Origin: Octopus sinensis
Taxonomy: Eukaryota
Length of the DNA: 64,000 bases
NCBI RefSeq assembly: GCF_006345805.1
Contig: NC_043021.1
Coordinates: 8,928,001 to 8,992,000 of the forward strand
Reading direction: 5' to 3'
Shown here: in pieces, positions 62,390-64,000 of the stretch
Numbering within the stretch: position 1 is the first letter of the stretch
Layout: every line of letters begins with the position of its first letter
Program-made: the position numbers and the translations under genes
The notes under the pieces: generated by a model
What the model was told of the DNA's origin: nothing
The model's input: only the letters and a program-made list of their open reading frames with translations
Databases searched by the model: none

Positions 62390-62930
62390 CAAGTTTTTGC
62401 ATGAGTTGAAATCTATATGGATGAAAAATAACAAAACTTCTGTTCCCAAATATATTTAAGCAGCTGTGTGTAATATGAGAGCCCTTGGGAGAAATAAGTG
62501 TTTCATGTGTGCGCGCATTCCTGCCTGGGAAAGATTTGCAAATTTATTATGACATACTCACATTTCTAATATATAGAAAGGAAGAGCTACTTATGTTTCC
62601 CCGACTTAAAATTTGTAATAAATGCAAGCAGCATCGACTGTTCTTGGGCCACATGTTATAAAACAAGGGCGCTTTTATCATTTTTACTCAAAGAACCGGG
62701 CGAAATTTAAAACCTAGGAAAGACAAAGCCGGAAAGCGGTTCTGAGGAATGTTACATGGTCTGGCATTTGTGCCTGAAAATGAAGTAAAAGAATGCATGA
62801 AATGTTTGAAACATATTCCTGAAGGAATGGTACAGTTGCTTAAATATTTTGATAAGATTTATGTTAAAAGAACTTATGCTTATAGTAGAAAGGACGTTTA
62901 ATATATCCGAGCTCTAGATAAGTGCTGTAT
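62390..62930 (+). pseudogene. Degenerate Mutator-like (MULE) transposase fragment
   Basis: STVLGPHVIKQGRFYH(F)TQ and GMLHGLAFVPENEVKECMKCLKHIPEGMVQLLKYFDKIYV match the MULE GCxFHxxQ and LAFxP...YF..YV motifs; stops and frameshifts present. Confidence 0.7.
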
Positions 62931-64000
62931 ATTTTAACGCGTTTATAATGTCCGCTGAACTCACTTTGCAAAATGTAAGGCGTTTGTAGTTTAGGGAATA
63001 GTAGGAGGTTACAAACGAAACATTTGTTTGTGTCTTCCTCTCTATTGTAAAAAAACATTTCTTAAGCTATGGGTTATTTATAAAAAGGAATTTTCAGGAA
63101 AGGAAGGGTTGCTAAGGGGAAAAAAAAACCAACAAGTAAGAATTACTAAGAAATGACCAACAAGAAAGGATTAATAAGGAAAAAGACTACTAAGAAAGAA
63201 CTAACAAGAGATGATATTGCTAACAAACTGAAGGACAAATGAGTAAGAATTACCAACGAAGAATATAGAAGAAAAGATTGGTAGGAAATGACCGACATGA
63301 AAAGATTGCTGAGAAATGACAGACATTAAATGATTATTAAGAAATAAACAGCAAGAAAGGATCGATAAGGAAATAAAGTATCAAAGGAATGACCCCATCA
63401 CGCCAAGAAAGGGAATGATTAAAAATACAACAAGCGAAGAAGTATTAAGTGGAAGGGATTGAAAATTCATGGCAAGATTATCAGCTACATGATAGACATT
63501 GCGGTTTGCGAGTGAGAGGCGTCGGCTGTTTTAGTCAAACAAACCAAATTCAATGAAACCTGTTCTTAGAAGACAAGTAAACTCGTTAATGAAAGAGAGA
63601 AGCTTATCAACACCCTGCTAGCCAGTTCAACAAACCAATCAACCAATGAATCAGCTAAATCGCCATATTAAACATCACCCCTGCCATCTCTCCGTCTTCT
63701 TCGTCTTATTCTCTGATTCGCTATTGAAATAAAGTGTGGCATAAAAAGAAATTTTCTTCTTTTTTGACTTTTTAAAAAAATTTTTTCAGGTTTTTCGTTT
63801 TTTTTTTAATTTTGTTTTTTTCTAATTTTATTTCATGTTTTGCAAGAAAACTCATTTCCGTCTCGCTTTGTGGAAATACTTTATTTAAAAACGACTGTAA
63901 AAGAAACAAGGATGAACAACAATAACCAAAACAACGGCCAGGACAGAACAACAACAACAACAACAACAGGAGCAACTACAACACTAGTATCGACTCAATA

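Overview
This is repeat-dominated animal genomic DNA. The tRNA-headed SINE families, (TACA/TATG)n, (TA)n and (TAA)n arrays and low GC suggest an octopus or other coleoid cephalopod (inference, not database-confirmed). Nearly all ORFs in the track are microsatellite translation artefacts. The only convincing intact protein-coding region is an uninterrupted, highly divergent cyclin A/B-type cyclin-box ORF (minus strand, 18765-19658). In it, the near-invariant CDK-binding Lys/Glu pair (cyclin A2 K266/E295) appears reciprocally swapped to Asp/Arg. The rest is SINEs, including head-plus-multiple-body concatemers, relics of mariner, Chapaev-like, MULE, RTE and R4/Dong elements, MITEs, U6 and 5S rRNA pseudogenes, and a 100-N gap. 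Other notable observations are a tRNA-headed SINE carrying a minimal hammerhead ribozyme, inserted as an inverted dimer with a 13-bp TSD, and two U6 copies each fused to the same SINE head variant. Coordinates of degenerate repeats are approximate (about +/-10-20 bp).
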